NCBI GenBank assembly: GCA_963663815.1
Contig: OY760734.1
Reading direction: 5' to 3' (one strand)
Source of the DNA: Vicinamibacterales bacterium
Lineage (GTDB): Bacteria > Acidobacteriota > Vicinamibacteria > Vicinamibacterales > UBA8438
Length of the DNA: 64,000 bases
A program made the translations under genes and the position numbers. Positions within the stretch are counted from its first letter, which is position 1; each line of letters starts with the position of its first letter. Below, in pieces: positions 55,662 to 64,000 of this stretch. The notes under the pieces were generated by a model that worked only from the letters and a program-made list of their open reading frames with translations, did not search any database and had not been told where the DNA came from.

Positions 55662-55840
55662 CCCCGGCTCGCCTTCCCCAATTCAGAAGCGGGTGGCGGG
55701 ACTTCTGCGACTGTCCTCCGTCGCACATCCAGCCGCCGGTTCCAGGGGGCAGAGCATTACCCCCAAGGAACATCCGCCACTGACTGGAGGTGGGTGCTCC
55801 GGGTCGGCACACCAGCGCTCAACCGCGCCGGTCAGTGAAC
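55662..55840. ncRNA. Candidate structured intergenic RNA (family not recognised)
   Basis: Nested stems: GTGGCGG/CCGCCAC, TGCGAC/GTCGCA, GTTCC-GGGGG/CCCCC-GGAAC and outer CCCGG/CCGGG. Confidence 0.3.
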
Positions 55841-55881
55841 CTCGTGGATCCCCGAGCGTGGCCGGCCTGTCGGCACCGCAG

Positions 55882-56778
55882 TCAAGCTTCCGGCCACAGC
55901 CACGCGGCGCCTCGTACTCCGCTCGAGTCGCCGTGTCGGGCCACCGCCAGTCGGGTCGTCACTGCATCTGAGAAGACGAACCGGGCCCATCGGACCGGAA
56001 CGTTCGCGCAGAGGCGCGCAAGATTCGAGATCCCGCCTCCCAGCACGATGACGTCGGGGTCCAGCGCGTTGATGACGCTGGCGAGCGCCCGGGCCATGCG
56101 CCCTTCGTAGCGCGCGAGCGTCGCCTCTGCGTCGGCGTCGCCGGCGGCAGCATGTGCTGCAATCTCCTGGGGCGCAAGCTCCCAACCGGTATGCCGAGCG
56201 TGATCGGCCGCCAGGCCGGGGCCGGAGAGAAACGTCTCGATACAACCGCGGCGACCGCAGTAGCACCGCGGACCCGGGTGCTCTGCATCCTCCGGCCACG
56301 GCAGAGGATTATGGCCCCACTCGCCCGCCACCGCGTTCGGTCCGGTCAGCACTTGACCTCGCACCACGATGCCGGACCCGGTTCCGGTGCCGACGATGAC
56401 GCCGAAGACGACATCGGCGCCGGCGCCGGCGCCGTCCGCCGCCTCCGATACGGCAAAGCAGTTGGCGTCGTTGGCGATCCTGACCTCGCGGTCCAGGCGG
56501 TGCTCCGTGTCGCGCAGGAGCGGCTTGCCGTTCAGCCAGACCGCGTTCGCGTTCTTCACCAAGCCCGTGGCGGGCGACACCGCGCCCGGGATCCCGATGC
56601 CGACCGACCCGCCCCGACCGGCGACGGCTTCCAGCCGAGCCACGAGCCTGCCGATGGCGTCGACCGTCGCCGGGTAGTCGTCGCGTGGCGTCTCCAGTCG
56701 CATCCGGGCGACTTCGCGGCTGCCGTCAAGCGCAATCGCTTCGATCTTCGTCCCGCCGACATCGACGCCGATCCGCAT
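55882..56778 (-). CDS. mak: ROK family sugar kinase (Mak/fructokinase-like)
   Basis: IGVDVGGTK, GIGIPG, ANDANCFAVSEA.DGAG, GTGTGSG, GEWGHNPLP, CYCGRRGCIETFLSG. Confidence 0.9.
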   Translation of the reverse strand: MRIGVDVGGTKIEAIALDGSREVARMRLETPRDDYPATVDAIGRLVARLEAVAGRGGSVGIGIPGAVSPATGLVKNANAVWLNGKPLLRDTEHRLDREVRIANDANCFAVSEAADGAGAGADVVFGVIVGTGTGSGIVVRGQVLTGPNAVAGEWGHNPLPWPEDAEHPGPRCYCGRRGCIETFLSGPGLAADHARHTGWELAPQEIAAHAAAGDADAEATLARYEGRMARALASVINALDPDVIVLGGGISNLARLCANVPVRWARFVFSDAVTTRLAVARHGDSSGVRGAAWLWPEA

Positions 56779-56808
56779 AGCGGTACTGACCTCCTCGCGC
56801 CGACGCGA

Positions 56809-57702
56809 TCAGCTGCCGAGCGCGTACCGAACCGTGAACAGCAGCGTCCAGTAGCGCGTGCCGGTGAAGACGGTGTGGTTGGAGAAGTTCGGGTCGACGG
56901 CGTGCAGCGGGTGTTCCTGGTACGTGCCGGTGTACTCGAGGTCGCCCAGGACGGTGTACGTCACCCTCACGCCCAACGCTGTCCGGTCGGCCACGCTGAA
57001 ATCCGCCCCGCCGTGCAGGTGGCCGCCCAGCACGGTGTCCGCCATGTCGGCGTCCTGCCGCGACTTGTAGTGTGACAGCGGCGGGTCGTAGGCTCCGTCA
57101 TTGCTCGCCGGATCCCAGTAATGTTGCTCGTAGTGCAATCCGCGGAGCTCGGCGAATGCCGGCCCAAGCCCGACGCCGACGTAGGGCGCGAACCGGCCGA
57201 AGCCCCTTCGGAAGTCGTAGTACGCGCTGACCGCCAGCGTGCGGACGGTGAGGTTGTCGATCCAGAACTCGGAATCCGACGTGACCGTGCCGCCGCGCCG
57301 ACGGTCGAGGAGATTCCCCGCGTAGTCGCTGACGCTGCGGAACACCTGTTCGATGCCGTTCACCCGCTGTGCGAACGCCAGCTCCAGGCGCAGGCGCTCG
57401 AAGTCGAATCCGGTGGACAGCTCGAACGGCGCGCCGACGGCCGTCCGGAGGTCGTAGGCCCAACGGTAACCGGACTGTTCCGGCCGCGGCTTCTCGTCGA
57501 AGCAGGCGTATCTCGGGTAGCAGAGGTGGTCGCGGTTCGACCCGCGCTGGTTGATGTCCGAGGCCCAGTTCACCCCCGCGCCGCCGCCGACGTACCACCC
57601 GGAGCGCCGCTCGTCCGGCGGGGGCTGGGCGGTCGCAACGGGCACGGAACACAGCACCAGCACGCCCGCGAGGGCAGGTGTGACGAAGCGAGAAACGCGC
57701 AT
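56809..57702 (-). CDS. Outer membrane beta-barrel (opacity/OmpW-like) protein
   Basis: Signal peptide, WYVGGGAG, RLELAF, SAYYDF..FAPYVGVGLG, terminal VRYALGS. Extended -10 TGCTAGCAT upstream. Confidence 0.75.
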   Translation of the reverse strand: MRVSRFVTPALAGVLVLCSVPVATAQPPPDERRSGWYVGGGAGVNWASDINQRGSNRDHLCYPRYACFDEKPRPEQSGYRWAYDLRTAVGAPFELSTGFDFERLRLELAFAQRVNGIEQVFRSVSDYAGNLLDRRRGGTVTSDSEFWIDNLTVRTLAVSAYYDFRRGFGRFAPYVGVGLGPAFAELRGLHYEQHYWDPASNDGAYDPPLSHYKSRQDADMADTVLGGHLHGGADFSVADRTALGVRVTYTVLGDLEYTGTYQEHPLHAVDPNFSNHTVFTGTRYWTLLFTVRYALGS

Positions 57703-58112
57703 GCATGTCCTCCGTAGCGCGGGACAACGCCGGGAGTCCCGTCCGAGGTCGCTAGTCCGACCCGCGCGATGCCCGCCGGGCGCCCATGTTCTTGAGACGC
57801 ACCATCATGCTAGCACCCGCGGGGCGCAGCCGTTCCCGCCGTTCCCCGCGCCCGCCCGCCTGCGCGCCCGGTCCCCGTGGCGAGCTTCGGTAGTTGGCGA
57901 GGGGTCTCGCGCGCGGCGTCCATCAGCCGTGGCCCCGATGAGGCAGGTTTGGTGGAGCGGGCGGACCGGATACGACACACGGATGCCGGGTCCCGCCGAC
58001 TTCACGAAATGGTGATGGCTTACATACATCGATTACAATCCGGACGTGGCGTCGGCGGAGTGACGCCCATTCCTGTCCGGGGTAGCTCGGAATGGCCTGT
58101 TCGATGGTTTCG

Positions 58113-58847
58113 ATGCGAGGTTACAGAGGCACGCTGCTTGCGGCTTGCGTTCTGCTGGTCGCGGCCCCACGGGACGCAGGTGCCCAGGAAGGGCCGTACG
58201 CCGGAGTGGCGGCCGGGTGGAACCGGGCAAGCGCCGACTATACCAAGGGGATCGGCCTCGACGTGCCGCCCGCGAGCTACGAGACGGCGACGAACGAGGC
58301 GCAGGGCGGTTTCGGCACGGTGCGGGGGGCGTTCGGCTACCGGACCTTCGTCGCCGACCGGGTGTACGTCTCGGGGGAGTTCGAGGCGGCATTCCACGGG
58401 GGTGCCGACCCGGCGGGCTACCTGCGGGAAGGCACGGGCGTCGGAGACCGAGACGTGTGGCCGGGTCCGTGGGGCGTGGAGAAAAACCGCGGCTTCGGCG
58501 CGAACGCCCGGCTGGGGTACGCGCCGAGCGGGCTGCTTGGCGAGGGTGGATCGGTCTATTTCGTCACGGGCGTGCATTGGGAGCGGGCGATTGTGCGGCG
58601 CGGTTCCGACATCGGCGGGGAATCGATCCGGGTCGTGGCGAATCACACGTTGCGGCCGTGGGTGGCCGGCGTGGGCGTGGAGTGGGGGAGTCTGGCGAAC
58701 CGGATCGGGCTGGAAGTCCGGTACTCGGCGGCCGATCTGGTGTTCCGCACCGGAGGGAACGGGTCGGCGCTCGGAATGCCGCGCATCGACCACAGGTTCG
58801 GCGTGCGCGCGGTCGGCGTTCAGGTGGGCTACATCCGCTCGTTCTGA
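58113..58847 (+). CDS. Outer membrane beta-barrel protein
   Basis: Signal peptide AGA-Q, GPYAGVAAGW, FGYR, ARLGY, VGVEW, terminal VGYIRSF. Confidence 0.7.
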   Translation: MRGYRGTLLAACVLLVAAPRDAGAQEGPYAGVAAGWNRASADYTKGIGLDVPPASYETATNEAQGGFGTVRGAFGYRTFVADRVYVSGEFEAAFHGGADPAGYLREGTGVGDRDVWPGPWGVEKNRGFGANARLGYAPSGLLGEGGSVYFVTGVHWERAIVRRGSDIGGESIRVVANHTLRPWVAGVGVEWGSLANRIGLEVRYSAADLVFRTGGNGSALGMPRIDHRFGVRAVGVQVGYIRSF

Positions 58848-59181
58848 TAACCGGCAGGGTCAGGCGACAGCGCGTGGCAGGGCATTCGGGACGCTGAACC
58901 ACTACGCGCAGTGAACGAATGGCGGTACGGTTCGGCCCGGCCCCTCGGCCCCTGGACGAAGATAACGCGGCGCCCGGCCGGTTTAGACCCCGCCGTCCGA
59001 CGCGGCCATCGCGGGGCTTCGCCGGGCGGGACACGATGCCGAGCCCGGCGGCGCGGGCCTCCCGCTGGCCGGCGCGCTCACCATGCCGCGGTTGATATCG
59101 TTTTGCCCGCGGGTTGCTGCGGGCGGCAACTACTGCCGTGCCTGGGTGGCCGCTACGCCGCCTCTGGCGACAGACGAGCCC

Positions 59182-59508
59182 ATGACCGATGGCAGCCTGA
59201 CGAAGGCGGCACTCATCAAGGAGGTGGTCCAAGCCGCCGACCTGACGGGTGAGCGCGCGAAGATTATCGTTGACACCGTGTTCGGCAGCATCGTGGAGAC
59301 GCTGCACGGGGGAGAGAAGGTCGAACTCCGTGGCTTCGGCAGCTTCCGTCTCCGGCGCCGCGGGCGGCACCGGGGACGCAACCCGAGAACCGGCGACCAG
59401 TTGGACGTGCCGTCGAAGCGCATCGCCTACTTCACGCCAGGCAAGGAGCTGAAGGCGCTGATCAACCGCGACCCGTCGCAGCCCGCCCAGCGGCCGTCGT
59501 TCGAGTAG
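59182..59508 (+). CDS. HU/IHF family DNA-binding protein
   Basis: LTKAALIKEV, KVELRGFGSF, GRNPRTG, FTPGKELKALIN. Confidence 0.93.
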   Translation: MTDGSLTKAALIKEVVQAADLTGERAKIIVDTVFGSIVETLHGGEKVELRGFGSFRLRRRGRHRGRNPRTGDQLDVPSKRIAYFTPGKELKALINRDPSQPAQRPSFE

Positions 59509-59619
59509 CCGGCGTCGGCCTGTTGCTGGGCCCGGACCGCGAGCATTTCCGATGCCGCGCCGTCGTCGCCCACGGGCGTCGACGCTTGCTGGCGAGCTAC
59601 TTCGTGTCGGCCGGCCGGC

Positions 59620-60087
59620 TCAGTACGTGACACGCCCCGCCAGATGCGTCCAGGCGTCGAAGACATCGAGCGCCCCGTCGCACGGCACGTTCACCATCGG
59701 CAGTGCGCGCGCCTCGAACGGCTTCGCCAGCTCCTCGTAGATGAACTCGTCGCGGAATTCGATCCCGGACGCGTCGCGCCGGTTGACCGCGAAGTAGACC
59801 CGGCCCATGCGCGCCCAGTAGATCGCGCCCAGGCACATCGGGCACGGCTCGCAGCTGGCGTAGATCTCGCACCCCGACAGGTCGTACGTCGCCAGCTCGC
59901 GGGAGGCGTTGCGGATCGCCACCACCTCGGCATGAGCCGTCGGGTCCTTCGTGCGCAGCACCTCGTTCCAGCCTTCGCCGACGACCACGCCGTCACGGAC
60001 GACCACGGCCCCGAACGGACCGCCGTGGCCCAGCTCAATGCCACGGCCGGCTAGCGCCACTGCCCGCCTCATGTGTGTTCGGTTCAT
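59620..60087 (-). CDS. guaD: Nucleoside/guanine deaminase (GuaD-like)
   Basis: GGPFGAVVV, DPTAHAEV.AIR.A, SCEPCPMCLGAIYWAR, FRDEFIYEEL. Confidence 0.88.
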   Translation of the reverse strand: MNRTHMRRAVALAGRGIELGHGGPFGAVVVRDGVVVGEGWNEVLRTKDPTAHAEVVAIRNASRELATYDLSGCEIYASCEPCPMCLGAIYWARMGRVYFAVNRRDASGIEFRDEFIYEELAKPFEARALPMVNVPCDGALDVFDAWTHLAGRVTY

Positions 60088-60114
60088 CGTCCTACCGGCC
60101 GCCGCCTCAACGCG

Positions 60115-60729
60115 TCAGTACAACTCCGTCCGAGCACTCTCTTGCTCGCCCGCGTCGATCTCGGCAGCGTCAGCCCCGGCGATCTGGTCCGCCAGCACCC
60201 GGCCGTAAGTCGGGAAGCAGGAGCGCTCAACCTGCGCGTCCGGCTCCCAGAGTCGGGCTCGAATCAACGCTTTGGCGCAGTGCAAGAACGCTTCCTCGAC
60301 CGTCACCCTGAGGACGCAGATAGGCAGCTTGCCCTTGATGGCCAGCGGTCGCAGCAGCTCCGCTTCCGTGGACAACTCAGCCCGCCCGTTGACCCGTAAC
60401 GTCTCCGTCAGGCCCGGTACGAAGAACACCAGACCCACGTACGGGCGTTCGATCAGGTTCATCAACGTGTCTACCTGACGATTCCCCGGCCGGTCCGGTA
60501 GCAACAGCGTCCTGTCGTCCAGCACGTGCGCCAGCGACCCGGGCGGGTCGCCCCGCGGCGAGGCGTCGGCCCGACCGTCGGCGCGGGCCGAACTGATGAC
60601 GTAGAACGGCGACAGCGCGATGAACTTCCGGCAGTGAACGTCCAGATGGTCCAGAACCTTGAGGCCGGCCCGCGCGGCGGGCGGCCGATAGACCCGACGA
60701 AGCTCCGCCAAGGTGTCGATAGCCATCAC
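60115..60729 (-). CDS. Pyridoxamine 5'-phosphate oxidase-like FMN-binding protein (MSMEG_1061 type)
   Basis: FIALSPF, DASPRGD, LPDRPGN, VGLVFFVPG..ETLRVNG, VEEAFLHCAKALIR..LW. Confidence 0.9.
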   Translation of the reverse strand: MMAIDTLAELRRVYRPPAARAGLKVLDHLDVHCRKFIALSPFYVISSARADGRADASPRGDPPGSLAHVLDDRTLLLPDRPGNRQVDTLMNLIERPYVGLVFFVPGLTETLRVNGRAELSTEAELLRPLAIKGKLPICVLRVTVEEAFLHCAKALIRARLWEPDAQVERSCFPTYGRVLADQIAGADAAEIDAGEQESARTELY

Positions 60730-60999
60730 GACCTCCGTTTCGCCACGGCAAGCACCATACCATCACGCCACTTGCACGGGAACCCCTGGTGCTGCACGGA
60801 CCGGCCGGACTCGCCGCGGACAGACTTCGCCCAGTCGTCCATCAAAGCCGCCGCCGCTCGAACCGATCCGACCGCGCAGGATGGTCCGTCCGCCCGGCCG
60901 CCCAGTCCCGGAAGCTCGACCGGAATCCATGGCCACGGCCGCGATCCCGTGCAGCCGGAGCATCTTCGGAAGCGTCGATGCCGCGCCCGGCTTGCCGCT

Positions 61000-61499
61000 C
61001 CGCATCGGGGAACACGAGGTCGCCGTCGCCGAGCGTGCGGGGTCGAGGGCCTCCACTGCCTCCGCACTCCTGGCCGTCACCCCGGCCGGCGCGCAGGAGA
61101 CCGGGACGGTGCGCGGCACCGTGACCTTGTTAGAGACCGGCGGCCTCGTCGACGGCGCGGTGATGTTGATCGTGGGAACCGGCGCCTTCGCGCTGGCCGA
61201 GGACGGACGGTTCGAGATCACGAGCGTCCCGGCCGGCTCGTACGAGGTGACCGCCCAGCGCGATCGACTCACCGCGGCCGGCCAGACCGTCACCGTCACT
61301 CCCGGCGGCACCGCCACCGCCGACTTCGCGCTCAACCTGTCGCCGGTGCGCGAGGAGGTGACGGTCACCGCGGCCGCGGTCGGCGCGGCGGCGACCCCTG
61401 CAGTCGTTCAACGCGGTCACCACCGTCGACTCGCTGCGGATCGCCCGCCAGGCCCCCGCCATCGGCGAGGCCCTCGAGTACGAGCCGGGCGTCGCCAAC
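61000..61499 (+). pseudogene. Truncated copy of the 5' part of the TonB receptor at 53117
   Basis: Near-identical AQETGTVRGTVTL..LNLSPVREEVTVTAAAVGAAAT. Small indels, then ends at GCCAAC where the IS21 end begins. Confidence 0.88.
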
Positions 61500-61730
61500 T
61501 GCGTAATCCGGAGGATCTTGACCGCCGAATCCGGCGGAAGCTGAACACGGGATCCGGGATGTTGAACACCGGATCCGGTGAAGTTGAACACCGAATCCGG
61601 TCATCGTGAACGCTCGTCGGTAGTCCTGATCAGCGCACGCTGGCCTTCGAAGAGGAGGGCGAGGCGATGCCGGCACGGACGCTACTGATGAGGAAGATTC
61701 GTGAGATTCTTCGGCTCATGTTCGCGACCG
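61500..61730 (+). mobile_element. istA: IS21-family left end plus first codons of IstA (truncated)
   Basis: TGCGTAATCCGG terminus, several TGAACAC..ATCCGG repeats, and MPARTLLMRKIREILRL at 61667. Confidence 0.8.
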
Positions 61731-61779
61731 CGAGGAAACGACGCGTATGTCCAACTGGAGATACGCGTCAGTCTTGCGT

Positions 61780-62060
61780 GTCGCTTGACAGGCTCTTCGC
61801 CCATGTCCGCCCGCAGCTTGCCCTCGACCAGAACCTCGATGAGGTCATCCGAGAGTCCGTAGCGGACGCGTCTCGACTGGAAGAACCTCGGCAAGTACGC
61901 CCCGGACGTTGACGAACCGCGCACGTGCCGATGCCGGCGGATCGGGGCAAACGCTGAGACGCCTGGGCCGGGTGTCCAGCCGGCGCGGCTATCTGCGCCC
62001 GCCGCTCGCGGTCGACACCGCCGCTCGCATCTTTGAGCTCCGGGACGAGGGCTTCAGCGA
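61780..62060 (+). pseudogene. Frameshifted homolog of the 33885-34586 HTH protein
   Basis: LDWKNLGKYAPDVDE vs VDWHELAKHAPDVDD, and RRGYLRPPL..AARIFELRDEGFS vs RRGFLRPPM..VARMVELRAQGFG. Confidence 0.6.
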
Positions 62061-62298
62061 CGACCGCACGATGTGGATGCGGGACAACCTCGACGTCCTT
62101 CGCGGGCTGAACCCTCCGCCTGCACCCAATCTGCGGCATCGGACGCGATCTTCGGCCCGACACCACCCGCTCGAGCATTGCCAGCCGGCGCGACCGCGGT
62201 TTGATGGCGGCCGGGCGTGGCGCACTGTCCCGATGCCGTCTCGGAGTCCGTCCGGAAAAAAATTTCCGTTCTTTTCTTGTCGATATGCAAGGGAGGAA

Positions 62299-62377
62299 CC
62301 GGACGGAAGTGGACTCGGGACACCCTGAAGCGGACCCAGCCGGACAGAAGTGGACAGAAAGTGACTCAGCCGGACAA
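62299..62377 (+). repeat. Phased GGAC-containing direct repeats upstream of alpA
   Basis: CCGGAC[G/A]GAAGTGGAC at 62299 and 62340. GGAC recurs mostly at ~10-bp intervals. Confidence 0.5.
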
Positions 62378-62480
62378 CTTGTTCATACAGTTAGGTTTAC
62401 GGTTTTTCGTGGTACGCTCGAGATCCGAGCCGGTCGCAGCGCATCCGCTGTGATTCTGACAGACCAGGGAGTGTATTGCG

Positions 62481-62726
62481 ATGACAGGGAATCAAGGCTT
62501 CGCCCGCCCGACTCAGGTCGCGACAAGCGGCATGCCCAGACTCCTCACCCTGCGTGAGGTAACCGAAATGACCGCCGTGTCGCGCTCGGTCATCTACGCG
62601 CTGATGGCTGCCTCCAAATTCCCGAAGCCCATCCGCGTCGGAGACCGCGCGGTTCGGTGGGTTGAGCAAGAGGTGTTCGACTACATCGCCAGCCGTCCCC
62701 GCGCCGGCTCCGAGCGGCCCGCGTAG
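62481..62726 (+). CDS. alpA: AlpA family phage regulator/excisionase
   Basis: RLLTLREVTEMTAVSRSVIYALM..SKFPKPIRVGDRAVRWVEQEVFDYI. Confidence 0.92.
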   Translation: MTGNQGFARPTQVATSGMPRLLTLREVTEMTAVSRSVIYALMAASKFPKPIRVGDRAVRWVEQEVFDYIASRPRAGSERPA

Positions 62727-62732
62727 GCCACC

Positions 62733-63560
62733 ATGCTCGACGACCTGCTCGACCGCCTGGACGGCGTCAGGCAGTCCGGCGCGCACTGGCGGGCGCGCTG
62801 CCCGGTCCATGACGACCGCCGGGTCTCGCCGTCGGTCGGCCGGCGGCGACGATGGCCGCCGGCTCCTGAAGTGTAGCGCCCGGCTGTGCCTGACCGGTTC
62901 CGCCGAACGGACACCGCCGCCAGCCGGCGTGGCGGGAGGTCGCCGACGTGTTCGAGGTCGTGCGCTCCGAGCCGAAGGACTTCCGGCAGGCGAGGCCGGC
63001 CGGTGGCGGATCGAGCACACCGAGCAGACTGAGGGCGGCTGGCGTGCGGCGCGTGCTCATCGTTCCCGAAGCCGACGAGGACGGTCGAGCGCACGGACAG
63101 GCGGTCGCCAGGGCGTGCGCCGATGCGGGGGCTGCCGGCCGGCGTGGTGCGGTTGAGCGACGCCGACAGGGAGGGCGCTCGCTGCGGGGTCCGCCGGTTG
63201 TCGCCCGGCTGATCGTCTAGGTCGGGCGGGTCGCGCTGCTGCACGCGCGGGAGAAGGCCGGCAAGAGCACGCTGATCGGCGCGGCGGTTGCCGCGGTCAC
63301 GCGAGGGCGCCTTTCCTTGGGACCAGCTGGTCATAATGATCAGTTCTCGATGGTCGTTGACACCTCCCGCCCCGCCGCAACCGGAGGAATCCCGCAACCG
63401 GAGGAATCCGAGCGAGACGGCCAAATGGGGCGATGCGGAGGGCGAGTACCGGGAGTCGACAGCGACCGGCGCCGCCGTCGACATGATCGTGTCCGTCAGC
63501 CCGGGGGACGACGCCGCGAGCCCGCCGCCTCACGACGTCCGCGCGCGGGAACGAGGGATC
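62733..63560 (+). pseudogene. P4-like primase-helicase remnant (Zn finger, Toprim, AAA_25)
   Basis: LDGVRQSGAHWRARCPVHDD, VLIVPEADEDGR, in-frame TAG at 63218 before VALLHAREKAGKST, and GEYRESTATGAAVDMIV. Confidence 0.72.
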
Positions 63561-63776
63561 CGTCGTCGTCGAGCCCGGCGTCGGCTTCAGCCAGCCCCGG
63601 ATGTGGACGTCGATGAGCAAGCCGCGCACACGGCGAGGCCGTGGCCCGCCCGCTCGCCGCCCGCGTCCTGCGAGCGGTAGCGGCAACGATGCCGCGGACC
63701 GAGCGTTGCGGTTGAATGGAGAGGGTCGGAACTGACGGACTGACGACGCCGTGGCGCGCTCGTGGGCGGCAGACCG

Positions 63777-63998
63777 TCATCGCCTGAGCCGGATGGCCCC
63801 TCCCCGCGCCTCGCCGAGATAGGCGGCCCAGTCGTCCATGAGGTGACGGCGGCGTGCGAACAGATCCGATCTCGCGTAGGCGGCCTCGGTCGGATTGGCG
63901 ACCGCGTGCGCCAGCGCCGCCTCGATGACCTCGCGAGGGTGGTCCGTCCGCTCGGCCGCCCAGTCCCGGAAGGACGACCGGAAGCCATGCGGAACGGC
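63777..63998 (-). CDS. P4-like tyrosine integrase, 3' end (continues beyond window)
   Basis: PHGFRSSFRDWAAERTDHPREVIEAALAH..AAYARSDLFARRRHLMDDWAAYL. Confidence 0.9.
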   Translation of the reverse strand, partial: AVPHGFRSSFRDWAAERTDHPREVIEAALAHAVANPTEAAYARSDLFARRRHLMDDWAAYLGEARGGAIRLRR

Positions 63999-64000
63999 CC

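Noticed and set aside
55680-55845. Cobalamin riboswitch or tRNA-Sec (GCGACTGT, GCCACTG, GGGACTTC fragments)
   Set aside because: The core GGGAA..CGGTG.AA.TCCG and the Sec anticodon arm are absent, and the element lies downstream of, not upstream of, the transporter.
1-64000. CRISPR array, rRNA or tRNA genes
   Set aside because: No regularly spaced 25-40-bp repeats with unique spacers, and no cloverleaf or rRNA signatures noticed by eye. tRNAscan-SE and CRISPR finders were not run.

Overview
High-GC (~70%+) bacterial DNA. The ADOP permease, PadR, VWA-TPR protein and Ser/Thr kinase ending in VNWFEELK suggest Acidobacteriota (Vicinamibacteria-like); this is inference. The window has four parts. 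(1) 1-21.2 kb: an almost uninterrupted, translationally coupled + strand operon of a conjugative element. It carries virB10, two VirB5/TrbJ-like genes, virB6, virB8, an unknown gene in the relaxase position, the virD4 coupling ATPase, virB11, a small ssDNA-binding-like protein, large orphan proteins, an RHH regulator, a methyltransferase and topA. (2) 21.2-51.5 kb: a mosaic accessory region. Intact cargo includes an 1097-aa RelE-like/SF1-helicase/TPR-like fusion, TolC, PadR, ADOP permease, SDR, a Ser/Thr kinase, VWA-TPR, an ECF sigma factor and a PAS-PP2C phosphatase. It is interspersed with remnants of IS21 ends, a MOBQ relaxase, resolvase, P4-like integrase pieces, ParA, IHF and a sigma54 activator, plus a dense hairpin cluster. 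(3) 51.5-60.7 kb: an intact, host-like block with a PLP decarboxylase, His-rich TonB receptor, ROK kinase, two beta-barrels, IHF/HU, guanine deaminase and a PNPOx-like protein. (4) 60.7-64 kb: a decayed P4/PICI-like element with an IS21-broken TonB receptor copy, alpA, primase-helicase pseudogene and integrase 3' end. No rRNA, tRNA or CRISPR array was recognised. The best novelty candidates are the RelE-helicase fusion, the putative non-canonical relaxase with its T4SS, the hairpin-dense 34.8-35.2 kb region and a structured intergenic RNA candidate at 55.7 kb. All family assignments come from motif recognition by eye; no searches were run.
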